Shown here one piece after another: positions 10,924 to 22,269 of a DNA stretch of 64,000 nt. Position numbers and translations under genes: made by a program. The notes beneath the pieces are model-generated. The model did not search any database. It was not told the DNA's origin and saw only the letters and a program-made list of their open reading frames with translations. The stretch lies in contig NIVC01001344.1 in the NCBI GenBank assembly GCA_002269645.1, positions 124,001-188,000 on the forward strand, in the 5' to 3' direction. Source of the stretch: Macrostomum lignano. Taxonomy: Eukaryota. Each line of letters starts with the position of its first letter. Within the stretch, counting starts at the first letter, position 1.

Positions 10924-12409
10924 TTCGTTAGTCGAAGAAGCGAGTTTTGAACTTTAATTCTGAATTGCTTTGCCTGCTGAAAGCGGAGACTTCAATAGTG
11001 AGTAGCAGAAAATCCTGAGCAGCTGTTTCACTATTAGACTCAAGAAATTAAGCTAGAGTCAACTCAAACATGCTCAATAATTTGGTCACGAATCGAAAGT
11101 GTGAAATCGGTAACACCTCTGACTCTGAGCAACTATAGGCACGAGATTGGCAGAAGTTTTAGGGACCAACACAGCCGGTTAATGTGCTCCGCTGCACTGC
11201 AGAAGTGTGAGCAGCATTTCTGGCTATCTTAATCCCCTTGTACGCTTAGGCACTATTGTTGGACTCTGAAGGTGGCGTAGACTCCTCAAGCCATGGGCAT
11301 CTCAGCAGCTATAGACTACACTGCATCAAACATCACACATTTTCACACACTTTCGGACCCGACTTGAACCAAAACTTGAAATGGGGATCAGCGCAGAATC
11401 CCCTGCTGTGAGGCCGAATTCAGCTTAAATGCGAGTGGGAAGCTGGTTATGCATCATCGAGTCATTTCAAGGTGCGAAATTCCAAGGAGGCTGATCACAG
11501 TTGGGTGATGAAAGACCAACAGAATTACTACAAAAACAACAGCAGCTGGAGTGGTGGGGGCTCCGGAGTTCTGCCCCAAATTCGGTATACTGACTGAGCT
11601 GCAGCGATTCTGCAAATGCCTGTCCCTCTTTATTCACGCATTTCAACTGAGGCTGTGCCGCTCACTGCCTCGCTTCCCCGCGGACTGCCGCGGAAAATTA
11701 AAAGGGACGGAAAATGTGAGCAGAGTAGAGAGTTGCTGGTAGATGTGGGTAGAGGGTAGAGCGGAGACTGTAGACGGGAGAGTGAGGAGCTTAGAGCGGA
11801 GAGTAGTGAGAGGAGAGCGAAGAGGGTAGAGTGGAGAGATTATAGGGTAGAGTAGAGAGGGTAGAGAGAGCGAAGAGGGTAGAGGGTAGAGCGGAGAGGG
11901 TAGAGTGGAGAGTGGGAGAGGTAGAGGATAGACAGTAGATTAAGGGCTCTAATGGATTTAAGATTCTGATATCAAAATGCCGTACCCAGATGCGAGAATT
12001 TATTCAGCTACAAAACCAATGCAGATTCCCTAAAATCGAAGTCGCAACAACTGCAAACTCGCGCATCTTAAATCTGCAGTCAGTCCATGCTGGTGTCTGA
12101 ATTGCGGCTTTGGAGAAGGGCTGGCACCCCAGGCTCTGACTGCAGGCCTCCCTGCCCCATCCCAGCAACCGGCGCACCCAGTTCGGCTCGGCATCTCCGC
12201 TGGTTGCCAGGCGAATCGGCACAACTCGAACTGGGCTGTGCGAACACCTGGAGAGCTGAGTCGGCCTGAGCATCTCGCTGCATCATGGGCTGCTCCCAGG
12301 TGTCTCCAGCTGCTGCACAGCGGACCGCACCGCTTTGGCTGTCGGTTGCCGGGCGGCGGCCCCACAGAGGTGCGAAACTCGAGGGCGAGAGGCGGGTGGG
12401 TCCGGTGGG

Positions 12410-12488
12410 GCTGGAGCGACCGGAGCGATTTGGGTTGCCTTGCCGGGACCGAGGAGCTTTAGGATTGGAATTGGGTGAGGGGGCTGAG
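12410..12488 (+). repeat. E-element core (E3 type) within a GC-rich block (~12080-12490)
   Basis: About 90% identical by eye over ~80 bp to the E core; also at 26659-26737 and 37634-37712. Confidence 0.75.
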
Positions 12489-12529
12489 GGAGGTGAGTGA
12501 AGGATCTTTGGGTTTTGTGTTGCAGGCAG

Positions 12530-13120
12530 AGAGAGGAGAGGGTAGACATGAGACAGCACAGGACAGAGAGGAGTGGGTAGACATGAGACAGCAGCACAGA
12601 GCAGAGAGGAGAGGGTAGACATGAGACAGCACAGGGCAGAGAGGAGGGGGTAGACATGAGACACCACCGGGCAGAGAGGAGAGGGTAGACATGAGACAGC
12701 ACAGAGCAGAGAGGAGAGGGTAGACATGAGACAGCACAGAGCAGAGAGGAGAGGGTAGACATGAGACAGCACACAGCAGAGAGGAGAGGGTAGACATGAG
12801 ACAGCACACAGCAGAGAGGAGAGGGTAGACATGAGACAGCACAGAGCAGAGAGGAGAGGGTAGACATGAGACAGCACAGGGCAGAGAGGAGAGGGTAGAC
12901 ATGAGACAGCACACAGCAGAGAGGAGAGGGTAGACATGAGACAGCACAGAGCAGAGAGGAGAGGGTAGACATGAGACAGCACAGGGCAGAGAGGAGAGGG
13001 TAGACATGAGACAGCACAGGGCAGAGAGGAGAGGGTAGACATGAGACAGCACAGGGCAGAGAGGAGAGGGTAGACATGAGACAGCACAGGACAGAGATTA
13101 GGGGGTAGACATGAGACACA
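12530..13120. repeat. 35-bp minisatellite (GGGTAGACATGAGACAGCACAGAGCAGAGAGGAGA)n
   Basis: Direct reading. Confidence 0.95.
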
Positions 13121-13374
13121 GGAAGGGGAGAAAAGGCAAAGGGGAACTGAAAAGAGAGAGGGGGAAAGAGAATAAAGGTAGATAAAAGAGGGGATGAATA
13201 TATTTTTTATTGATAATTCACAGTTCATTTGGCAGTCACCTGTAAGCACAGATCTGTGACCCTCTCCCTCTCTCCAATCCCAAGGCTCTCATTCCACTTT
13301 AAACACCTGCTGTGTGAGCTCACTGAAATTCACAGTTAAATCTCAAATACTGCAATGGGAACGGATTAACACCA

Positions 13375-13447
13375 GCCCCAGTGGCGCAATGGATAGCGCG
13401 TCGGACTTCTAATCCGGAGGTTGAGGGTTCGAGTCCCTCCTGGGGTG
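13375..13447 (+). tRNA. trnR-UCU: tRNA-Arg(TCT), intact
   Basis: Full cloverleaf, discriminator G, T5 about 12 nt downstream. Confidence 0.95.
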
Positions 13448-13609
13448 TGATATGTAATTTTTGCAACGGAGAAATAAATATGATTTTAGCTTTGTTTTGT
13501 TTTTATTGTGGTAAATCGTACATATTGGTAGGAAACGGACTTCAGCTTTGAATTCCTGAAATATTACTAGATATGTGAGAAGCTCATGACTTCACGAGTG
13601 AGTTCATGA

Positions 13610-13840
13610 GGGGAGTCTGTGGGGTCAAGGGGAGTCTGTGGGGTCAAAAGGAGTCTGTGGGGTCAAGGGGAGTCAGTGGGGTCAAGGGGAGTCAGTGTGA
13701 TCAAGGGGAGTCAGTGGGGTCAATGGGAGTCACAGGGGTCAGGAGGAGTCAGTTTGATCAAGGGGAGTCAGTGGGGTCAAGAGGACTCAGTGGGGTCAAG
13801 GGGAGTCAGTTTGATCAAGGGGAGTCAGTGGGGTCAAGGG
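13610..13840. repeat. 20-bp G-rich minisatellite (GGGGTCAAGGGGAGTCAGTG)n
   Basis: Direct reading. Confidence 0.9.
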
Positions 13841-14114
13841 GTTTCATGTTGCACCCTTTGAGCTCCGTGACGTCATCGGGTTGTTTGACTTGAATACAAT
13901 TTTTAACGCAACTTGAGTCTTTGGGCGATGCAGCGCAGGATCTGGTTGTTTATGATTTGTACCCTAAGTGAGCTCATCCAACGTCATGATTTCGATTCGC
14001 AAGTTTGCCATACAATTAACATTGATACTACGCTCGTACTAATGCTTTTTATTATTGCAATATATACCTTACATTGTATCAGTACTTTATTTATGCAATC
14101 GTAAAATATATAAT

Positions 14115-14835
14115 CCGCCGCTCCTCTGACACTCCTCAATCCGCTCCTCTGACACTCCTCAATCCGCTCCTCTGACACTCCTCAATCCGCTCCTCTGACA
14201 CTCCTCAATCCGCTCCTCTGACACTCCTCAATCCGCTCCTCTGACACTCCTCAATCCGCTCCTCTGACACTCCTCAATCCGCTCCTCTGACACTCCTCAA
14301 TCCGCTCCTCTGACACTCCTCAATCCGCTCCTCTGACACTCCTCAATCCGCTCCTCTGACACTCCTCAATCCGCTCCTCTGACACTCCTCAATCCGCTCC
14401 TCTGACACTCCTCAATCCGCCCCCCCTCTGACACTCCTCAATCCGCCCCCCCTCTGACACTCCTCAATCCGCTCCTCTGACACTCCTCAATCCGCTCCTC
14501 TGACACTCCTCAATCCGCTCCTCTGACACTTCTCAATCCGCTCCTCTGACACTCCTCAATCCGCTCCTCTGACACTCCTCAATCCGCTCCTCTGACACTC
14601 CTCAATCCGCTCCTCTGACACTCCTCAATCCGCTCCTCTGACACTCCTCAATCCGCTCCTCTGACACTCCTCAATCCGCTCCTCTGACACTCCTCAATCC
14701 GCTCCTCTGACACTCCTCAATCTGCTCCTCTGACACTCCTCAATCCGCTCCTCTGACACTCCTCAATCCGCTCCTCTGACACTCCTCAATCCGCTCCTCT
14801 GACACTCCTCAATCCGCTCCTCTGACACTCCTCTC
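14115..14835. repeat. 23-bp minisatellite (CCGCTCCTCTGACACTCCTCAAT)n upstream of nanos
   Basis: Direct reading. Confidence 0.95.
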
Positions 14836-15103
14836 TCAATCTCCCTTGACGCTGCTCGAGCCCTGCATGGAAATCCGGATCGGTCGAAACGAGACCAAGA
14901 TTGGGAAAATTGGTCCCGCTAATGAGAAAAATGAATGACAATTTCGTGCAGACAGTGCGGTTTTCTCCGCTAATCTCTCCAAGATGTTTCTTGGAAACAA
15001 GCTGGCCTGGGCTGGTCCGTCACTTCCCATGTCTCCAGTGCTCGGTCCATTCCAGTGCTGGCTGTGGGGCCTCCCCCTCAACCCACCGAAACTGAAAGCT
15101 CGT

Positions 15104-15156
15104 CAGCCAATGGCAGGCGGCCCCACAGCCACAGGTGAAGTAACTGCCCCCATTGG
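15104..15156 (+). promoter_or_regulatory. Putative nanos promoter: CAGCCAATG and inverted CCCATTGG
   Basis: CCAAT at 15107-15111 and ATTGG at 15152-15156; also at 29402/29447 and 40951/40996. Confidence 0.5.
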
Positions 15157-15256
15157 TCAGCCGTGAGGACTGCAGCGAGCTGCAAAGGATATTAGAGGGA
15201 ATAATTTCTCAGATCTCAGGCTGTCTACAGCTTCATCCAGCTTCTCTGCCTCATCA

Positions 15257-16158
15257 ATGCAACCGTCAGGGAATCGCAGCTTCATCGGCATGAGGTGAGT
15301 TTTGAGAACAGCTTTGAGCACAGGGCATATTTTTGAGACCCACTTAGCTCAGCAGTATGGACCCACTGCCGCCGTGACGGATCCCAAATCCTAAACTTCC
15401 CCGCTCTGCCCAGCCCGCAGGAAGCTGGCGAGGAACCGCTCCCCATTGTGAAGCACATCCTGCAGCTGCAGAATCGGTACATGCAGTACCTGCGGCAGCA
15501 GGCTGACACCCAGCAGCAGCACCAGCCCGCCGCCATCTCGCTGACCGCTGGCGCCCCGCTGCCCGCTGCCGCCCCGCTGCCCGCTATCGCCCCGCTGCCC
15601 GCTGTCGCCCCGCTGCCCGCTGCCGCCCCGCTGCCCAACGCCGCCCCGCTGCCCGCTGTCGCCCCGCTGCCCGCTGTCGCCCCGCTGCCCGCTGTCGCCC
15701 CGCTGCCCGCTGCCGCCCCGCTGTCCGCTGTCGCCCCGCTGCCCGCTGTCGCCCCGCTGCCCGCTGTCGCCCCGCTGCCCGCTATCGCCCCGCTGCCCGC
15801 TGTCGCCCCGCTGCCCGCTGTCGCCCCGCTGCCCGCTGTCGCCCCGCTGCCCGCTGTCGCCCCGCTGCCCGCTGCCGCCCCGCTGTCCAACGCCGCCCTG
15901 CAGCGCGCGGTGCTCGCCAAGAACGCCAGCCGGCCGCGGCGCCCCGTCTTCTGCGTCTTCTGCCGCAAGAACGGCGAGCCGGAGGCCTTCAGCAACGGCC
16001 ACACCCTGAAGGACGGCAACGGCAGCGTCGTCTGCCCGGTGCTCAGCCGCTTTACCTGCCCGTTGTGCGGCGCCACTGGCGGCAGCGCCCACACCGTGAA
16101 ATACTGCCCGCTGGGCACCGGCCACGGCTGCGGCCACCGACTGCAGACGGGACAGTGA
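15257..16158 (+). CDS. nanos: nanos copy A; exons 15257-15294 and 15414-16158 (260 aa)
   Basis: Exact Nanos signature C-x2-C-x12-H-x10-C-x7-C-x2-C-x7-H-x4-C (CVFCRKNGEPEAFSNGHTLKDGNGSVVCPVLSRFTCPLCGATGGSAHTVKYC). The 119-nt intron GTGAGT...CCTAAAC...CCCAG joins MQPSGNRSFIGMS in frame. Domain is certain; exon 1 is inferred. Confidence 0.9.
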
Positions 16159-17702
16159 GAGCTGTGCACTCTCAATACCCCAGCTGTGCACTCTCAATAC
16201 CCCTGCTGTGTACTCTCAATACCCCTGCTGTGCACTCTCAATACCTCAGCTGTGCACTCTCAATACCCCCTCAGCTGTGCACTCTCAATACCTCAGCTGT
16301 GCACTCTCAATACCTCAGCTGTGCACTCTCAATACCCCTGGTGTGCACTCTCAATACCCCTCAGCTGTGCACTCTCAATACCTCAGCTGTGCACTCTCAA
16401 TACCTCAGCTGTGCACTCTCAATACCCCCTCAGCTGTGCACTCTCAATACCTCAGCTGTGCACTCTCAATACCTCAGCTGTGCACTCTCGATACCCCTCA
16501 GCTGTGCACTCTCAATACCCCCTCAGCTGTGCACTCTCAATACCCCCTCAGCTGTGCACTCTCAATACCCCCTCAGCTGTGCTCTCTCAATACCCCTCAG
16601 CTGTGCACTCTCAATACCCCCTGAGCTGTGCACTCTCAATACCCCTGCTGTGCACTCTCAATACCCCTGCTGTGCACTCTCAATACCCCCCTCAGCTGTG
16701 CACTCTCAATACCTCAGCTGTGCACTCTCAATACCCCAGCTGTGCACTCTCAATACCCCAGCTGTGCACTCTCAATACCTCAGCTGTGCACTCTCAATAC
16801 CCCAGCTGTGCACTCTCAATACCCCCTCAGCTGTGTACTCTCAATACCCCCTCAGCTGTGCACTCTCAATACCCCCTCAGCTGTGCACTCTCAATACCCC
16901 TCAGCTGTGCACTCTCAATACCTCAGCTGTGCACTCTCAATACCCCCTCAGCTGTGCACTCTCAATACCCCTGCTGTGCACTCTCAATACCTCAGCTGTG
17001 CACTCTCAATGCCCCCTCAGCTGTGTACTCTCAATACCCCCTCAGCTGTGCACTCTCAATACCCCCTTAGCTGTGCACTCTCAATACCCCAGCTGTGCAC
17101 TCTCAATACCTCAGCTGTGCACTCTCAATACCCCCTCAGCTGTGCACTCTCAATACCTCAGCTGTGCACTCTCAATACCCCCTCAGCTGTGCACTCTCAA
17201 TACCCCCTCAGCTGTGCACTCTCAATACCTCAGCTGTGCACTCTCAATACCTCAGCTGTGCACTCTCAATACCTCAGCTGTGCACTCTCAATACCTCAGC
17301 TGTGCACTCTCAATACCTCAGCTGTGCACTCTCAATACCCCCTCAGCTGTGCACTCTCAATACCCCAGCTGTGCACTCTCAATACCCCCTCAGCTGTGCA
17401 CTCTCAATACCTCAGCTGTGCACTCTCAATACCCCCTCAGCTGTGCACTCTCAATACCTCAGCTGTGCACTCTCAATACCCCCTCAGCTGTGCACTCTCA
17501 ATACCCCCTCAGCTGTGCACTCTCAATACCCCAGCTGTGCACTCTCAATACCTCAGCTGTGCACTCTCAATACCTCAGCTGTGCACTCTCAATACCTCAG
17601 CTGTGCACTCTCAATACCTCAGCTGTGCACTCTCAATACCTCAGCTGTGCACTCTCAATACCTCAGCTGTGCACTCTCAATACCTCAGCTGTGCACTCTC
17701 AA
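16159..17702. repeat. ~22-25-bp minisatellite (CAGCTGTGCACTCTCAATACC[C]nT)n directly after the nanos stop
   Basis: Direct reading. Confidence 0.95.
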
Positions 17703-17793
17703 TTGTAATGCATTTACAAATAATGAACGCCTAAATCTACACCAGACAATGTAAATAACAAATTAATCTTTGCTTTAAAATTCGATAAATAAA
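17702..17793 (+). promoter_or_regulatory. Putative nanos 3' end: ATTGTA (17702), TGTAAATA PRE (17750-17757), AATAAA (17788-17793)
   Basis: Motif matches to UGUANAUA and the canonical poly(A) signal; conserved in unit C (42762, 42800) and deleted in unit B. Confidence 0.5.
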
Positions 17794-18379
17794 TATTTCT
17801 TTTGCAATTATCTGCAATCCATCACTTAATCAGAGACGCTTGCATTCCGCTTTTACTTTGGTCCAAGCCTGTCAGAAATTAGTTTCAGGGCTTTGGTGTA
17901 TAAGTATGTTCATCGTCCTGAGTTCGAATCCGTTCGATCTATTGATGACAGACTCATTCGTTAAACACGGAAGTACCGCTACTTTGGCACTGATTGCATG
18001 CACTGAGATATTCGGAAATTTTGTGAGCATCGGCGCTTGTGAAAGAAGAAACTCTTATCAATAATCATTTTCAATATTGTTTCAGTTGAATTGAAAGAAA
18101 TGCAGCAGAAACGCCTGACAATTTATGGGGATCCAGGATGCATCAGTTTAGTCACGGATGTGTGTGACTGGGCGGGTTCTGGCTTAAGCTCGGGGCTCAG
18201 TGTACTCATCAGTGCGCCAACACACCCTACCGATCTCACTTATTGATATGCCTTGCTTTATGCCCAATGCCTTCACACCTTTATGCAGCTCAAATGTATT
18301 AACTAAAGCGTCAGATTGATTGGCACAGGGTCAGTGAACTCATGGGGCACAGCAAGAGTCATTCGGGTCTGCATGGGGC

Positions 18380-18900
18380 TGAGGTGCGGCCTGCGCTGCC
18401 CAGCTGGTCGGCCGAAGTCTGTGCTATTTTTAGAACCAGTCCGTCCATCAGTTCAAGATAATCTGGTGCGCCTGCGGCGGTTGCTAAGGCAGCTCTGGGA
18501 TTTTCGAACCGATTCGAAAGCTCGAAAGCTCAAAATCTCGGCGGGCTGGAGAGGCCGATGGCTGCAGCCGGAGAGACAGCTGTCCGTTGCCAAGCGGTTT
18601 CCGAGCGGGAATTCGCGGTCGCCTCTCGCCCAGCCCAGGTGGCTGCGGCTGCTGGAGCGACTCGAGCGATCCGGGTTGCCATGCCGGGCCCGAGGAGATT
18701 TGGGATTCGAATTGGGTGAGAAGGCTGAGCTGAGGCCGCGGGGGAGAGGAGGGTTCGACGGATCTTCAGGGAATGAGCGGATTGGTGGAGTGGCGGATTT
18801 CGGAGGTTTGCAGGGGCGGATTGCAGTAGTTTCGAGGGGCGGATCGCGGAGGTCAGAAAGGTGGATGGCGGAGGTCAGAGGGGCGGATGGTTGAGGTCCG
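18380..18900 (+). repeat. E element (E1 type)
   Basis: E core; recurs at 31145-31620 and 43390-43900. Confidence 0.85.
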
Positions 18901-19000
18901 AGGGGCGGATGGTTGAGGTCCGAGGGGCGGATGGTTGAGGTCCGAGGGGCGGATAAGGCATTTAAAAGTCTTCACCAACCCTACAGCAAAGCTCAGTCTG
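18835..19000 (+). promoter_or_regulatory. Putative promoter of the CCCH gene: tandem GGGGCGG GC boxes, ATTTAAAA, TCAGT
   Basis: GC boxes carried in a 21-bp repeat, TATA-like element at about 18960, Inr-like TCAGT at 18993; assignment is inference. Confidence 0.35.
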
Positions 19001-19407
19001 ATGTGAAATGTGAGCTTACTGTTTGTCAATGCGGCTGCCTACCTGTGATTTATGGCTTTGAGATTTGGCCCAGCGCTGCTGCCATTGGCGGAGGCCTTGT
19101 TGTGTTCGCAGCTCGGAGCCGAGTGTGGGAATCTGCGGTGGGGAATATCTGGGAGGATCTGTGAACCGCTGCCCTCCCACGCTTCTCTTGGTTATTAGGC
19201 TCTCGTGCTCTCTTTTGTGTTGTGCCTGGATTCCCATGGGAAACTGCTGCCCAATGCAAGGAGAGCTAGAAATCTATGGAAGTGGCAACCACAAAATATT
19301 GAGCCTTGAATGTTTGCTCAAACAAGGAATATTTTCTCACCATCCTTCTGATTGCACTTGTTCATACAATTGCAAGTTCACCAAACACCGTTTACTCAGG
19401 ATAATAG

Positions 19408-19515
19408 CACAAGAGCGCACTGACACAAGAGCACACTGACACAAGAGCGCACTGACACAAGAGCGCACTGACACAAGAGCACACTGACACAAGAGCGCAC
19501 TGACACAAGAGCGCC
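19408..19515. repeat. 16-bp minisatellite (GCACTGACACAAGAGC)n
   Basis: Direct reading; also 32135-32356 and 44447-44621. Confidence 0.9.
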
Positions 19516-19544
19516 CTTTACTGAAACTGCACTCCCCCGTAGAT

Positions 19545-20130
19545 CCTGACACTGACGCCCCTCTATAGATCCTGACACCCTATAAGAGACCTAGACTTTT
19601 CTATAGGGTTCCTGACACTTCTGAATATCCTGACATCCCTTTTACACACACTGACACTAGGGCATACTCCATGAATCCTGACACCGCCCTACAGATTCTG
19701 ACACCTAGATAGATCCTGACACAGCTTTGACAGATCCTGACATTCCTCTGAAGATCCTGACATCCCTCAGTAGATACTGACACCCCTCTGTAGATCCTGA
19801 CAACCCTCTGTAGATCCTGACACCCCTCTGTAGATCCTGACCCCTCTGTAGATCCTGACACCACTGTGTAGATCCTGACACTCCTGTGTAGATCCTGACA
19901 CCCCTCTGTAGATCCTGACCCCCTCTGTAGATCCTGACATCCCTCAGTAGATCCTGACACCCCTCTGTAGATCCTGACAACCCTCTGTAGATCCTGACAC
20001 CCCTCTGTAGATCCTGACCCCCTCTGTAGATCCTGACACCACTGTGTAGATCCTGACACTCCTGTGTAGATCCTGACACACCTCTGTAGATCCTGACCCC
20101 TCTGTAGATCCTGACACCACTCTACAGATA
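19545..20130. repeat. ~20-bp minisatellite (GTAGATCCTGACACCCCTCT)n
   Basis: Direct reading; also 44645-45243. Confidence 0.9.
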
Positions 20131-20176
20131 CTGACACAAACAATGAAAAATTCGAAAGCATCCCTCAAAATTTCAG

Positions 20177-21057
20177 TTCACGACTCCAAGCACTCAAACC
20201 GGAGCGGGCAGCCTCGCAGGCTCAGCTTCCGATGTTGCGCCCGCTGCAGTGTCAGCTGGACTCAAACATAAAACAGAATTCTGCCGCAGCTTTGAAGTGA
20301 GTCCACAGCTCTGCTGCTCTGCAATTGAGTCCTGTTTGCCGCTTTGGCTGACTCATTTTTGTAAAACCGCCCCTCGTTACCTCTGGCATCCACACAATCT
20401 GCCCCTAATCCTCTCTGACAACTCCACAATCTATACCCCTGACAAGTCTCCAGCCGCCCCTGACAAGTCTCCAGCCGCCCCTGACAAGTCTCCAGCTGAA
20501 TCCACCCCGGGGCCGTAGCCCAGCGGTCTAGCGCAGGCTCTGGTGTGCCAGCGACCCAGGCTCGATTCCAAGTGCAGTCGCATTAATTTGGGGCTGAATT
20601 GGAATCTCGGCTTGGCTCTGCTCGTGCAATTAACGGCCTTGAGAGCCAACCCCCCAAGGCGCAGTGAAGTGTACATGCCTAACGATAAAATAAAGTTAGG
20701 GCCGGTGTACACTCCTGTGTGAGTGTGTGCCTGCGTACGTATCCGCGCGCTTGTGTGCCTGCTCAGGGGAGTCGGCGGAATGGGCAGTAATGCCTCTCGC
20801 CGGTTGTGTGCCAATGTCGCTTAAAGTGCGCCAGGGTGCACACAACCCCCCTGCCTCTAATAACAAAAATCCACCCCGCACACCCGCAGCTCAGTGGCAC
20901 CTGCCCATTTGCCAGCCACTGCCAGTTCTCCCACGGCCCCGAGGAGCTGCGAGGCCGGCCCGACTGTCACCGGCTGTACAAGACGGAGGCGTGCCGCGCC
21001 TTCCATGGCGCCGAAGGAGTTCGCCGGTACGGCAACTGCTGCCACTTCATTCACTGA
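20177..21057 (+). CDS. TIS11/ZFP36-family CCCH gene copy A; exons 20177-20296 and 20890-21057; 5' exon unresolved
   Basis: TTTCAG acceptor, 120-nt exon ending KHKTEFCRSFE, GTGAGT donor; CTAAT...CCCGCAG acceptor, then LSGTCPFASHCQFSHGPEELR...YKTEAC. The splice restores an exact C-x8-C-x5-C-x3-H finger. Finger 2 has C>R at its second ligand. Confidence 0.8.
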
Positions 21058-21075
21058 TTGACTCAATGTGCATAA

Positions 21076-21083
21076 TGTATATA
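21076..21083 (+). promoter_or_regulatory. Pumilio response element TGTATATA in the CCCH-gene 3' UTR
   Basis: Exact UGUANAUA, 18 nt after the stop, with A/T-rich 5' flank; also at 32578-32585. Confidence 0.45.
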
Positions 21084-21206
21084 TGCTGAAATACAGACAG
21101 TGCATTTAATCATTTGACAAGTGCTTGTTTCCTGCTAACTCTGCTCTTTTGCTTCTTTTCTTGGACGGCAACTTTTTCCTGCTGCGGCGAAGTTGCTAAA
21201 CTAAGA

Positions 21207-21410
21207 GGGGAACAGGGAGAAACTGAGGGAGGGGAACAGGGAAAAACTGAGGGAGGGGAACAGGGAAAAACTGAGGGAGGGGAACAGGGAAAAACTGAGG
21301 GAGGGGAACAGGGAAAAACTGAGGGAGGGGAACAGGGAAAAACTGAGGGAGGGGAACAGGTAAAAACTGAGGGAGGGGAACAGGGAAAAACTGAGGGAGG
21401 GAAACAGGGA
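21207..21410. repeat. 24-bp minisatellite (GGGAACAGGGAAAAACTGAGGGAG)n
   Basis: Direct reading; also 32707-32965. Confidence 0.9.
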
Positions 21411-21649
21411 AGGGGGTGCAGACGATGAGATACCGCATGTCCTTGAATATATCTTGTACATGTATTGTACATCCATGGCCCTGATCCAAAGCCTACGAAA
21501 GGATGGGAGAGCAAAAGCACAGAAGCAATTTGCCTTGCCATCAGAGCAGCCCAACATGCAAAAGATCAACAGAGGGAACTGGGGGAAGGAATTCATGTAT
21601 AAAAAAGTCTGCGACTCGTATCTTTCGAGTCCGCTTATCCCCATCTCAG

Positions 21650-22060
21650 TGGTACTGATTGTGGCTCACTGGCACTGATTGTGGCTCACTAGCACTGATT
21701 GTGGCTCACTGGCACTGATTGTGGCTCACTGGCACTGATTGTGGCTCACTGGCACTGATTGCGGCTCACTGGCACTGATTGTGACTCACTGGCACTGATT
21801 GTGGCTCACTGGCACTGATTGCGGCTCACTAGCACTGATTGTGGCTCACTGGCACTGATTGTGACTCACTGGCACTGATTGCGGCTCACTAGCACTGATT
21901 GTGGCTCAATGGTAATGATTGCGGCTCACTAGCACTGATTGTGGCTCACTGGCACTGATTGCGGCTCACTAGCACTGATTGTGGCTCACTGGCACTGATT
22001 GTGACTCACTGGCACTGATTGTGGCTCACTGGCACTGATTGTGGCTCAATGGTAATGATT
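21650..22060. repeat. 20-bp minisatellite (CACTGGCACTGATTGTGGCT)n
   Basis: Direct reading; also 33195-33312 and 46080-46762. Confidence 0.9.
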
Positions 22061-22269
22061 GTCGCATTAAGCCAGGACTGAAACGGAAGGAAAAGAAAAA
22101 CAACTTCTGAAGATCTAGGACGCCTAAATCTTAGTATCTTGAGCTTCTAAACTTGCTTTCGATTTGGGAAGCAGATTTCGGAAATTATTTTACAGTTTTA
22201 GCGAGGCAAATTCTTAGGTAAATTGCTTAAAGGTAATTTTTTGTTTCAAAATCTTTCCTTCCTTCCCTA

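Noticed and set aside
13868-13875. Perfect CRE palindrome TGACGTCA upstream of nanos (also 28493, 40274)
   Set aside because: A single 8-mer; its recurrence is explained by the duplication and it is not independent conservation.
13880-14110. Possible snRNA or spliced-leader RNA gene in the conserved AT-rich block
   Set aside because: No Sm site with proper flanks and no recognisable U or SL sequence.
15414-15450. nanos start at GTG 15448, or splice acceptor at 15420
   Set aside because: Acceptor 15420 puts exon 1 out of frame (stop after 9 more codons). Acceptor 15413 gives an in-frame AUG-initiated protein in all three copies.
15282-16197. Antisense ORFs over nanos and over gene X (e.g. 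8905-9915, 9054-9836)
   Set aside because: Expected shadows of GC-rich, 18-bp-repeat coding sequence; promoter motifs and domains are on the other strand.
14115-17702. CRISPR-like regular repeats
   Set aside because: Monomers are head-to-tail with no unique spacers, there are no cas genes, and the context is eukaryotic.
16065-17754. Long ORFs (up to 547 aa) after each nanos, and similar ones at 200-1027, 2154-3039, 3172-3639, 5409-6332, 7137-7825, 12080-13249, 26329-27950, 37254-39279, 53089-54066 and 56341-56952
   Set aside because: They are translations of stop-free minisatellites, often open in several frames at once, with no promoter or domain support.
18316-18894. E element as a protein-coding exon (VRLRRLLRQLWDF... 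ORFs)
   Set aside because: Copies differ by frame-breaking indels, start at different codons and show no recognisable domain.
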